A DNA stretch of 48,710 bases from Octopus bimaculoides (Eukaryota): the NCBI RefSeq assembly GCF_001194135.2, contig NC_069000.1:24433972-24482681 (forward strand). The letters are read 5' to 3'. The position numbers and the translations under genes are program-made. Below, piece by piece: positions 1-35,353 of this stretch; positions within the stretch are counted from its first letter, which is position 1, and every line of letters begins with the position of its first letter. A model generated the notes under the pieces. It made no database searches and was not told the DNA's origin. It saw only the letters and a list, made by a program, of their open reading frames with translations.

Positions 1-141
1 TATGTATATGTATATATGTGTATATATATATATTATATACATGTATATATATATGTATATATATATATCTGTATATATATGTGTATATATATATATATGT
101 ATATATGTATTTGTATATGTATGTATATATGCATATATTTG

Positions 142-172
<31 letters not shown>

Positions 173-483
173 TTGCACGTTTATGTATAAGTATGTATAT
201 GCATGTATACAAACACGCAAAATTAATAAATGGCTATATGTGTGTTAGTGTGTGTGTATGTGTACGTGTAATTATGTATGCATGTATGTATTTTATTTGT
301 GGCGAAGTTCACAAGGATAACACAGTAAGTTGAAAAACTTCGAGCAAGCAACTGAATTTCACTCAACCCAAGTTTGCCAAGATGCCACTTAGCGGGTTGG
401 AACCAGGGTCTTTGGTTGCAAAGGGAACTTATTAACCATGCGACGATACTGTTACTACTAAAACACTTATCACACACAAACAC

Positions 484-565
<82 letters not shown>

Positions 566-689
566 TCACATTATATCTTTGTATGTGTGTATATACTGAA
601 TGCATGCATGCTGAAGTTATACCATTTCTGTCGCCATCTCTGTCAAATTCTTTATCGCTAAGTTGTTATTATTTCTATCGAATTCCCAG

Positions 690-24190
<23,501 letters not shown>

Positions 24191-24443
24191 AAAGTTTTGT
24201 TTTTTTTATATTAAGAAAAAAAAAAAAATAACATCAACATGAACAAAGATAATGACTGCAATAAACGCGGTGAACACTAGAAAAACAAGAACAAGAACAA
24301 GAACAACAACAACAACAACAACAAAAATACATTAACAACTTCACAGTCACAAATCTATTCAGTAACAAAATCCTCCTCATCATCATCAACAACAGCAGCT
24401 GCAATAACAACACAGCAACAACAACAACAACCCTACCACCACT

Positions 24444-24474
<31 letters not shown>

Positions 24475-25427
24475 GCAACAACAACAACAATTACAACGAG
24501 TTTGGTTTAATTATGAATGATATTCTTCCAGCCGCTGGACAGCTGGTCTAAACAAGAGAACAGCATATCTCTCTTCTGCCTCATATATTGCATACTTTCT
24601 TAACCCTTATTTCAGCAAGGGTTTCATATCTCATAAGATTTTCTTAACTTAATATTTATATAACTTTTGCATATATGTATGCAGGGAGGTCGGTATGTAA
24701 GCTTGAATAAATTATATAAATGTATGAGTGTTTAGCTAATTGCATATATATGTGTGTGTATGTATATACATACACACACACAGTGCGTGTGCTTGTGTGT
24801 GTGTGTGTCTGTGTGTGTGTGTGCAGTGTAGGGCTTGGTAGGGTTGAAAATCTGTGTATTTCCAATGCAACACAAAACCCGAACTCTTGGTTAACTATAT
24901 TCTCGAACTGGAAAGTTGAGGAAAACTGTAAGCCCACTGGTGCAGAAACTTCAGGTACGTCCCTGCTAAAAGTAGTAAGTCGTAGGAAGAGTAACACATA
25001 TTACAAATGAGAAAACGAAGAAAGAATATAGCCCAACTTTATAATTAGTTACAGTAGTTTCTGTATCACACCATCTCGCACGCCATTCCACGTAAAGTGA
25101 TTCCATGTGAAAATTTACGTAATATGTGCTGTTCATCATATTGGCTTCATCAAATTTGCATCAAATCGGGCGCTTTTACTTTCACGTTTTGCATCCACCT
25201 TCCTCTCGATTTTTATCGTGATTTCTCTTGTTCTGATTTGTACTTGTATAGGCTATGTGTTCCGAGCCAAAATATTGCTTGGAAACACTAACCGTGATAT
25301 TAAAACATGCCTAGAAAAAAACTTCAATCGAGGAAACTATTTGTAGCTGCTGTACATTGAACGATATTTATTTCTCACCAGATGGAGTATATTTTGGGTT
25401 GATTTTACCTTAACAGAAAAGTAAACT

Positions 25428-25559
25428 ATATATATATATATATACGCACACACACGATATATATATATATATATATATATAAGTATATATATACATACAT
25501 ATATATATATATACACAATATATATATGTATATATATATATGAATATATACATATATGC

Positions 25560-25590
<31 letters not shown>

Positions 25591-25597
25591 TATATAC

Positions 25598-25646
<49 letters not shown>

Positions 25647-25935
25647 AATATTTACATATATACATGTGTATATATGTATATATGCATATATATATATATG
25701 AATATTTACATATATAAATGTGTATATATGTATATATACATATATATACACATATGTATGTATATGTATATATACATATAAACATATGTATATATATATA
25801 TATATGTATATATATATGTATATATATATGTGTGTATATACATATATATATATATATTCATTTATATATCTGTATGTATGTATGTATGTATGTATGAATG
25901 AATGTATGTATGTATCTGTATGTATGTATATAGAA
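25428..25935. repeat. Long compound (TA)/(TACA)/(TATG) microsatellite; similar tracts at 1-205, 478-562, 910-1022, 9480-9560, 20500-20893, 24290-24495, 30260-30390 and 41320-41615
   Basis: Read directly; these tracts generate most low-complexity ORFs in the track. Confidence 0.97.
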
Positions 25936-27684
25936 ATCCATATGTGTTTGTACGAGTGTGTGCGTGAAGTATGTGTGCGAGATTTGAATATCATATTAAT
26001 TATATTTCATTGATTAATTTTGATTTAATAAATCTTCTAAATTATGAATTTATGTGTTTTTTAAAATTTATTTATTAGTCTTTCACAATCTTGCCATTCT
26101 CATCTGCATGAGATTAGTCGATTATACTGACCCGGGGTTTTCTTTCAGTCTGGTATATATTATCAATCTACATCTATCAAAAAAATGAACTTCCAGACAT
26201 GAATGAGCAGAACATAAAAATCCACATCATTTTTAATTTGTGTAAACTGAAACAACACACACGCGCACGCGCATACGCATATATATACACGCACACGCAC
26301 GTGTACGAATACACACGTACACATATATACAAAGTCTTCCTGGTGCTTACTGGTTCATTAGGCGAGTACTTATCCCAGTCTGTGAGATGTTAAGCTATTG
26401 AGGATATATGGCAATTTCAGTTCCAGACAGTGAAATCTAACAAAAATCAATGTGGTTCTGTAACGATATTCTTAAACACACACCTCTCCTGGCATCCAAA
26501 TATAGAGAACAAACAAGATGGTTATACTAAAAAAAACCCTCAAAAGCAAAAAGCCACAACCCAACGTCATAAATGTTATATAAAGAGAAAGACAGTGATG
26601 TAAATAAACAGATAAAATTCCTTGGGTTTGATATACAGAATATATAAGTGTAAATAAAGAAAGGGCACTGAAAAATTTTCAGTCTGTAGACCTATCTATT
26701 CCGTAGTGGTGGAATAATTATTCTAAATAATATAGACAGGATTACACAATGTCGGTTAATGACAATAGTAATTCAATTGATACTGTACAAAAGCTTGTCA
26801 GTATAGATTTGAATTCTGTAGTACAGTTTTGAAATGGCAATTTTGAGAACCAAATTTTGCATCTCGATACTTTGATTGTTGTCCAGTTGGAAGGACGATT
26901 CCGCTATGTTAAAAATGAGAATACATTTGCTTTCTATGGCATCGTAGGCTAGAAATTAGAAGTCACGATTGTCAGCTCCACACAACTAACCACTTTCCAT
27001 TCACGGGACGGGTAGAACGTTGTGTCTCTGTGCAAAATTCATCATTTCATGTTGTTCCAGTTCACTCAGTCGGAAGTTAGTACCAGTAGTGGTAGCTGAC
27101 TTGTACTCTCAGTTGTTTATACGCTATGGAAAGCAGGATGAACTCTACCTTAATGCGCTTATAGGCTTGTAACACCTATTTTTCTTTGAATACTTGCATT
27201 GAAACGGTAGAAATAGGTTTACTGTTTTAAGTATACGATCAGCTCGGCACGTATATCGTAGTGAGACAACCTGATTAAAACGTTAATAACAGTAGCGATT
27301 TTGTTGTTGCAACAGACGAAGGATATGTAAGAGAATAAGCTACTATGGCTTGTAAGCTACAATGTAGACGGCAATGTCTTTGGCAATAGTTTAAGCTCCG
27401 ATGACAGGTGACAGTAATTTTAACTGCGATTGATTGTATTGCACTTGTAAATTGTGCATTCGTTCATATTTTCAGTTTTTATGAACATAAGAATGAACGT
27501 ACTCTCTATTATAATATTTCCCAATCAGAATAGCCCATTGTCTGGGTCAATCAATTTCTTAGCGGCTACAACAGAATATTCATTCGAAAATATGGATGGT
27601 TTGAATCCGTACTGTGAATGGACAAGCAATTTTGATTAAAAAGAAAGCGGTACTCTTTTTCCTCGCGATAATATAGGCAGAGAG

Positions 27685-27898
27685 GGTGGCGAGCTGGCAC
27701 AATAGTTAGCGCGCCGGGCAAAATGCTCAGCAGCAATTCGTTCGTCTTTACATTCTGAGTTCAAATTCCGCTGAGGTTGATTTTGCTTTTCATTCTTCCT
27801 GGGTCGATAAAATAAGTACCAGTTAAGCACGGGGGTCGATCTAATCGACTTACCACCTCTCACAAAATTGCTGGCCTTGAGTCAAAATTTGAAACCAA
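27685..27898 (+). mobile_element. SINE family A copy; further partial copies near 39135, 39540, 40140 (-) and 45590
   Basis: Same head, core and tail as the copies above. Confidence 0.85.
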
Positions 27899-28404
27899 TA
27901 AATGAGCTGGTGTAATGCTGCTACTACTGATTTCTATCTTAAGTGGTATTTATATAAAACGTAAAATTAAATATATCCATGCAAGTTCGTACTGTTCGTA
28001 TATCACGAATGTAGGTTTCTCTTTTTAATATCAACGATTCGCCATATGTCTATCATAGAATTTTCAATAAAAACTCAGTTAAAACTAGTTCCAGATATCT
28101 GCAGAATATAGGATAGAAAATATATCATTCAATCAAAAACCCATAAACATTACTTAAACAAACCAGCTTGGCTGTAATTGTTGAGTCACAACTAGTCATC
28201 CTTTGGATTAAAGATATCTTTCGAAAGATGTAAAGTCAGCAAACGTATATAACGTTAACCGGACACCCTTTTAAAATAAGAAACGTACATACACACACTC
28301 GTTTAGATAACGGTACAAGAGTGTAGTGAGTTCATTTAGGCACCTGTCCAGAAACTAACTGGAAGAAAATACGGAGGCCCGCACCATGCAACCTTTTCGG
28401 TGCA

Positions 28405-28459
<55 letters not shown>

Positions 28460-31322
28460 TTCGTCTCGTCCAGATGTACAGACCCTGCAGCATCTACGAA
28501 CTTTTCTGAAAATTTAAGACTCTCATATAGACTTTCAACAACCTCTTTTCTCTGCATGCACATCTCGTACATGAATCCTGCGTACCTCACTGTCGTTCTT
28601 GCTGACCCCTGCAATTACCTGCGACAATAACGCCAGATATTTCGCTTCTGAAAAACCTTCAAGGCATTTCACACCATGCAATCCTGCAAGAAGATCTACG
28701 AGAAAACACTCACTCGTTCACTTGAGCTTATTTTAAAGTAAATTTTTATAAGTTCACCTGCACTCGTGTATACGTCCTTACACGCACTCTTTCCTAATAC
28801 CCAAAATTTTTCCTCAGCCATGCATTTCTTTTTCTTCCTAGATCGTTCGTTTCTTTTTCGTAGAAACTCTCAGGAGGATGAGTAATGTAGTGACTTCATT
28901 TAGGCAGAGAGTAAAATCGAACCTGAATCGGGAAATTTCCCATAATATTTCACCAGCACTTTTCTCAGGAAGAAACAGCATTGACAACAGTTACAATGAA
29001 CACATGGCTTCGCTAAACAGATTTATGATTTTACCACTTGACCCTTCTAACCTCTTGTATACAGTGCAGAGTTGAACTAAGATAACAGTCGACTCCCCAC
29101 GCAAAGTATATCCATTATCTTTGCAGTATATCTATTTTTTAGAACTAGTTTTGTATAGTTATAAATACAGAACTCCGTAAGCCAAAATTAGTTAGTGAGA
29201 ACCGAGCTGGCTGACCGATTGAACGAAACGCCGTCTCTAAATGAAAAGGCCCAGAGGGACAACTATGGTAACTTACCAACGAAGCAGTTGTTTCATCCCA
29301 CCACTCTCACTTTCACTAGCTCACTTTTTCTTCTCTACAACATTACTCTGTCTATCATTTTCCTTGCTGCAAGAATGACGAGAACACAAACACACACCTA
29401 TACAAGGAAAATCTACGATATATCTCTTTACCTCGCATGCTTTACGAATTATATTACATATACCAGCTTGTGGTGGTTTGGTTATAACAATATGTAACGG
29501 TAAATAAATGTTTCTTTGCAACTTCGATCACTGTTCTTTCATTTTCACCAACTTATATCATTACCCATACCGTTACAAATGGTGACCACTAACTCCACTT
29601 AACAAATACCGTTACAAGAGCAATGCCACTTCCAAAGTACTTTTAGCATTTAAAATACAAAGAAAAGCAATCCTATGATAATGGAGTATTATTGTAAAGG
29701 CAAAGATATGCAATGGCTGTTGTAGCAACTGTCACGTATGCAAAGCATATATCTCTACCATGTTCGCCAACATCCTGAATATAAAGGAGAAACATTTTCT
29801 GCGTGCCCTCATGCGAAGAAATACTAACTTCTAGTGTCAAGCCTATCTCTGAGTCCTTAGTTTTCTTTAAAATCTCAAACTGGTTGAATCTAAAGATGTC
29901 ACTCGGAGAACTGAAAATTTCGATACTCAAAATTTAAGCAAAAGTTTTGCTTTGAATGTGAATTATATTTTAAGTGGAACGGTTTTCCTTTAAAAAGAAA
30001 CTGATCTATTTTACGAGAATTTTTTCAGTGGTGGCTTACTGCCCTTTACTCGGTAGCTTTCCTACACGTCTTTGGTGGGATTCCTAACTTGACTTTTCGG
30101 TGGATTTTTCGTGTAATTTTTTTTCCATTTCAGATCAGTATTGAGTATGCGCTATAATAAAACTCCGAGTAACACAATATGGCATCTGTCGAATAGATAT
30201 AGCAATACTCTACACCTTGTATTGAGTACTTTTCTTATGTTCATTAAAAGCAACTTATACGTGTGTGTGTGTGTGTGTATGTGTGTGTGCGTATGTGTGT
30301 GTGTGCGTGCGTGCATGCGTGTTTGTTTGTGTGCGTGTGTGTGTGGTGTGCGAGTGTGTGTGTGTGTGTGTGTGTGTGTCTGTCTGTGTCTGTGTATTTA
30401 TGTTTGTATGCACATTTTTATTGGTTATAAATTCAAAATTTCGTTCGTCCTCTCTGACTTATTCAGACTGCGAAATATGAAGTAGGTTTTAGATTTCAAG
30501 TATCTATCTAACCTACGAGGGGGGGAATAAGAAATTGGTTCTAATAGGAGGTTAGAATGGAGGGAGATAACAGTAATAATGATGGAAAGTGGTCAGTAAT
30601 TAAATCAAGAAAGTAGTGTACGTGAAGAAGAGTTAATTTTTAAAGAAGGATATAGGGTAGATACAGAAGCGGAGGGTGTATGAACGCACCCGACACACAC
30701 ACACACACAAACACAGACATACACACACACATACACGCGCGCGCGCACACATACATACTTACACACACACACATACACACACACNNNNNNNNNNNNNNNN
30801 NNNNNNNNNNNNNNNNNNNNNNNNNNNNNNNNNNNNNNNNNNNNNNNNNNNNNNNNNNNNNNNNNNNNNNNNNNNNNNNNNNNNNNNNNNNNNNNNNNNN
30901 NNNNNNNNNNNNNNNNNNNNNNNNNNNNNNACAAACACAGACATACACACACACATACACGCGCGCGCGCACACATACATACTTACACACACACACATAC
31001 ACACACACACGTACACACGCACACACACTGTTCGTTTATCGATAGACTCAGAAAATTAAATCACTCGATACATTTGGGTGTTAAGAATATTTCATATACA
31101 GTATCTTAAATGTTTATTGATAACAATTTTAGTTTCATGTGCAAGGAAAGATATCTGAGGCTTGGCTCAAGCTTTCATCACTTCTCTCCACTCACTGTCA
31201 TGTTCTATAACCAAAGATGGTTGCCAATAGCATATAAGATAAGACTGTTCTATATTTTAGAGATGAGGAATTATGTACATTATTTACATTGGACGGATAT
31301 GTGTCCTCATCTTGTTTGTTGT

Positions 31323-31370
31323 TACCACAACGTTTCGGCTGGTTTACTCTCCAACCTTCATCAGGTGTCC
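31323..31370 (-). ncRNA. Second copy of the Penelope hammerhead motif
   Basis: Reverse complement ggacacCTGATGAaGGTTGGagagtaaaCCAGCCGAAAcgttgtgg; differences from the + copy preserve helix II pairing. Confidence 0.7.
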
Positions 31371-31425
31371 AGATGGAATTTTGAACCCAACCCTGGGTTC
31401 TCATTCCTAAGTTATTTTTTGCTGA

Positions 31426-31483
<58 letters not shown>

Positions 31484-33130
31484 TATTCAAGGCACTGCCA
31501 GGAATTAAACACGGAATCTTGGGATTAGTAGCCCGTGCTCTTAACCATTAAGTATGGATAGCTTTATTGAGTTCATATCATCGAGCAGTATTTGGACATC
31601 TTCCTGGTGGGGCCAGAGTATAAAGGTGTCATCAACATATCGCAACCATAGGGTTGGCTATAGTGGTGTTGATCCAAAAGCCAAATTCTCAAAGTATTTC
31701 ATGTATATATTGGCTATTATTGATAATGGCGAACCCATAGCTAAACCCGCATCCTATCGATATATATCAGTATCTACTCCGAAGTAGGTAGTTTCTATAC
31801 AGGTCAACATTTCCTTCAAGTTTCCTATTGGTATACTAGTTCGATCTTTTAAGTAGGTGTCTGTCACTAGTTTTTCGTGAATCACTGATAGTGCTTCACC
31901 AGTTGGGACTTTGGTGAACAGACTTATCACATCTAAACTTACCAGCTGGTTGGATCCTGGATCAATTCTGTGAAGTGGGTGGAATTCTTCACATATGACG
32001 TTGACTTATCTGCTAATGGACTGATTATATCCACAAGGAAGTGGCTCAGTGGATGACATACTGAACCACTACCGCTCACTATGGATCTTAATGGAATACC
32101 ATCTTTGTGAATCTTAAAGAGACCGTACATGTGTGGTAGCTTACTGCAGTGATGGGTCAGTTGTCTGTACTTCATTGGTATAAAGTGATCCTTGTTCTTG
32201 ATTAAGATCTGTGACAACTTCCTCTCTGTTTTCAGAGTTGGGTCTTTATTTACTTTGCTGTAGCTTATGAGACTTGCCAATTTTTCAGAGTTGTCAGACT
32301 CGTTTATCACCACCGTAGCATTGCTCTTGACCTCCGGAAGTATTATGATGGAATTGTCCGGAAGTATTATGATGGAATTGTCACTCTGTGGTACTTTGAT
32401 AGCGAACTTTTCTTCCTTAGTGCAGTTTGGTTTAGGAAGTTTCGCTTTCTCTAATACCTGTCTCACTTTGCACCTTAGTTCATCTCCTTGAGCTTTTGGT
32501 ATGAAACCCATAAACTGACCATAGTTTGTCTATCCTTTGTGAAAGGCCTCTCGGAAAAGATACAAAAGGTATGCGGGCCATATGACATCAGGACAGTATT
32601 CAAGAGTAATACAACACTTCGCAAATATATCCTTCGAGTAAAACCACCAATTGAAGAGAACATGACCAAAGATTTCGTGTACCCCATCCCATGCAGTTGT
32701 GGTAGGTTATACAAAGGCGAAACATGCTGCCCACTCAAAATAAGAATAGAGGAACATCGTAAAGCTGTGACACGAGGAGATGTTGAAAATCGGGTATAGT
32801 TGATCATGTATGGAAAAACGAAGTTAAAAATAATAGACAGAGAACACAACTGGAAAATTCGAAAGCTAGGACACAATAACCTCCTAAGCAGACCTAGTGC
32901 AGATATGAGTAGAATATGGGAACCGGTATTAAGGAAGGATACAAAAATATTAGGGTTAAGGTTATAGCGGGCGTATAGCGTAATGGTTAAGAGTGCGGGC
33001 TACTAACCCCAAGATTCCGAGTTCAGTTACAGGAAGTGCCTTGAATAAATAATATTAATAATAATAATAATAACATCAGCAAAAACTACCTTAGCAATGA
33101 GAACCCAGAGTTGGGTTCAAAATTCCACCT

Positions 33131-33178
33131 GGACACCTGATGAAGGCTGGAGAGTAAATCAGCCGAAACGTTGTGGCA
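33131..33178 (+). ncRNA. Minimal type I hammerhead ribozyme motif in the Penelope terminal repeat
   Basis: GACAC-CTGATGA-A-GGCTGG(loop)TCAGCC-GAAA-CGTT-GTGG; palindromic AACGTT at helix III. Confidence 0.7.
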
Positions 33179-33809
33179 ACATCAAACAAGTTGAGGACAC
33201 ATATCCGCCCAAAATAAATAATATAAATGATGAGCATATAAGATTTCATGACAAAGCACGTCATCTGTGCTTCTTGGATTGTTAGTAATTGTTTTTTAAG
33301 TTGGTCTCTGTGGTGTTGGGCTGAAAAAAATATCTAAATGTCTAAAAGTTTTATGTTGGTGCATGTTTTGTGGTTGGCGATTTGGGCTGTCTAGGAAGAT
33401 TTGATGAGGGCTCCAGAAGTGGTGGTGCTTCTAGATAAAGGTGTTGATACGTGCTGTTTCTTCAGAAAAACTGTTTACGATACAATTTGTTCATATTTAT
33501 TCATATATGTTTTCTTAGCACTTATACACACTTGCAGTATACTTAATCTTAGTTCGTTCAAATTTCGCCTCGCTAATTGAATGATTTCCCAGTAATTTAT
33601 ACACGTGTAGTCTACTCGTGGCTTGTTCACATTTCAGCTCGCTAAGCGAATGGGCTCCCAGTAACATGTATTCGCGCGTAATCTGCTCATATTTAGATGA
33701 CCAAATTTCAGTTCGTTATGCGAGTTTAATTTTCTTCAGAAAACGTTTCATTGTGTAAGTTATTCATTTAGAGAACCGTTCGTATTTGGGTATCCAGCAT
33801 GATACATAC

Positions 33810-34060
33810 ATGCCTGCATACATACATACATGGTGGTTGTCTACTCCTTAAACAGAGTTTGACCACCTCCTGCACCTACACCTTAGCCCTTTCATGGCGT
33901 CTGATGTGGCTTTTTAAACCAGACAGTGTTTTGAAAAGACACCCACACAGATTGCACCTCTGATTTGCACTACCAATACCTGCAAGTAAGTTCTGCTCAT
34001 TGTGGATCCTAACATGTCTTTTAAGACCCCCATTGGATTTGCAAACCCTCTGGCACACAC
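33810..34060 (-). mobile_element. 3' end of an RTE-type LINE with two C2H2-like zinc fingers and an (ATGT)n tail
   Basis: CGVCQRVCKSNGGLKRHVRIH...CNLCGCLFKTLSGLKSHIRRH then stop, short UTR and tetranucleotide tail; no upstream ORF. Confidence 0.6.
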
Positions 34061-34397
34061 CACATACATACATACATACATACATATATACATACATACA
34101 TACATAATTGTATGTGTGTCTATACATTCATTAATACTCAGTCATATTTAACACCATTCCAATAAATAATCATTTAAATTTTTGTTTGTATTTTTTCTTT
34201 AACTATAACATTAAAAGAATATTTCCATTATTTCAAACCATTTCAATTTGCACATTGATTCACAGAACCAATTTACTGGGTAAATCAAAAGACAACTGGC
34301 TAAATTCATTAAGCAATCCGATAGGCGAAACTTGAAGTTCCAGTGAACTTAATTTCCACAGAGAATTTAACTTTACCTTCAGTATAGAGTCACCTTA

Positions 34398-34790
34398 TTA
34401 CTTTTTCACCATGTCTGATCTATTATGTTTACATTTTATTGGGGTTTTCACTGGGACATTCCACCCGTCCTCCTTCTTATTATGAGTGGCTACAGCCTCT
34501 ACTATACTGTCGGTTCTTATCGCTTTGGCCTCAGGATTATCCTTCCTACGGATCTCATTATATAGTGTCTTGGTTACAACATCATGTCTCACCGGTAGAT
34601 ATCGCGATGATATTTTTAGACAACTGCTTATGATGTGCATGATATCTTCAATGTTAACTCCACAAAGTTTGCATCGGTTATCACATTTTGGTGTTCTGCG
34701 TCTCCACCCCTTTTGTGCATCAGGTATTTGGTAATATTTCCTATTCCTGGATTGCAAACGCATACTCTTCACAGTGGGAGTTTGTAATCT
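34398..34790 (-). mobile_element. Fragment of an RLE-type (R4/Dong-like) non-LTR retrotransposon C-terminus
   Basis: CKLCG...HIISSC knuckle, RHD motif, W-N-V-P and HNRSD (HNRPD-like) restriction-like endonuclease motifs. Confidence 0.78.
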
Positions 34791-35353
34791 GGTTGTTGTG
34801 CCATAATCGACTGCTTTGATTTGTCACTGTATGTATGTATGTATGTATGTATGTATGTATGTATGTATGTATGTATACTAGTGTATTAAATTAGCTTACA
34901 AGAAAAATTCTTGATTAATTAAAATCATCTTCACTGCTAGAGGATGCAACATAGTTACCAAACAGCAATTATGACCAGCTCCACTTGAGGAGGGGGAATA
35001 ATTTCAAGCTTCAAGGATTCTCAAAAATTGACATGCCATAAAGGAAAGGGACAAAGCTTACTGTCTGGAAATAAGAGGGTAGTAATGGATATGCGTTTCT
35101 GGCACAACGTTCTGGATTAGATGCGCGTAAAGAATTGCGACTGACTGAGTGGATAGAAAGGTCTAAATACCAGTAGTTTGCACTCTGCCACTAATGCTGC
35201 TCTCAACGACACAACTATTTTTCTTTTACTTTAAGGATTTGTAGGTACGTGATACTTCGTTATGCAAACACAATATACTATAAGGTATACTAAATCTTTC
35301 CATAAGTCAGTACCACGTTCTATTGCGTCAGCAGCGCTCTTTACATTATTTTG

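Larger units (their letters stand above)
31268..33235. mobile_element. Penelope-like element in head-to-head arrangement: RT fragment on - strand, GIY-YIG endonuclease fragment on + strand, ~280-bp inverted terminal repeats
   Basis: Minus strand 32511-31552: LYGLxKIHK-like, AMGSPLS and RYVDDTF motifs. Plus strand 32488-32900: VYPIPCSCGRLYKGET...RIEEH. Both arms end in the same tRNA-like/(AAT)n/hammerhead tail. Confidence 0.92.

Noticed and set aside
2-661. Low-complexity ORFs (YIYI, VCVC, THTH) here and at 9.3-9.9, 20.4-21.0, 25.3-26.0 and 30.1-31.1 kb
   Set aside because: Translations of dinucleotide and tetranucleotide microsatellites, which lack stops by construction; several also run through N-gaps.
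24290-24495. PolyQ/polyT coding extension from (CAA)/(ACC) repeats
   Set aside because: Downstream of the 24190 stop, interrupted by stops, and without splice sites.
32969-33041. Functional tRNA gene (anticodon ACT)
   Set aside because: The stems are imperfect, the T-loop is degenerate, and it is embedded in a repeated retroelement tail; treated as tRNA-derived.
33876-34127. C2H2 zinc-finger gene
   Set aside because: Only two fingers, the ORF start lies in a microsatellite, no splice acceptor was found, and it ends in a simple-repeat tail; this fits a LINE 3' end better.
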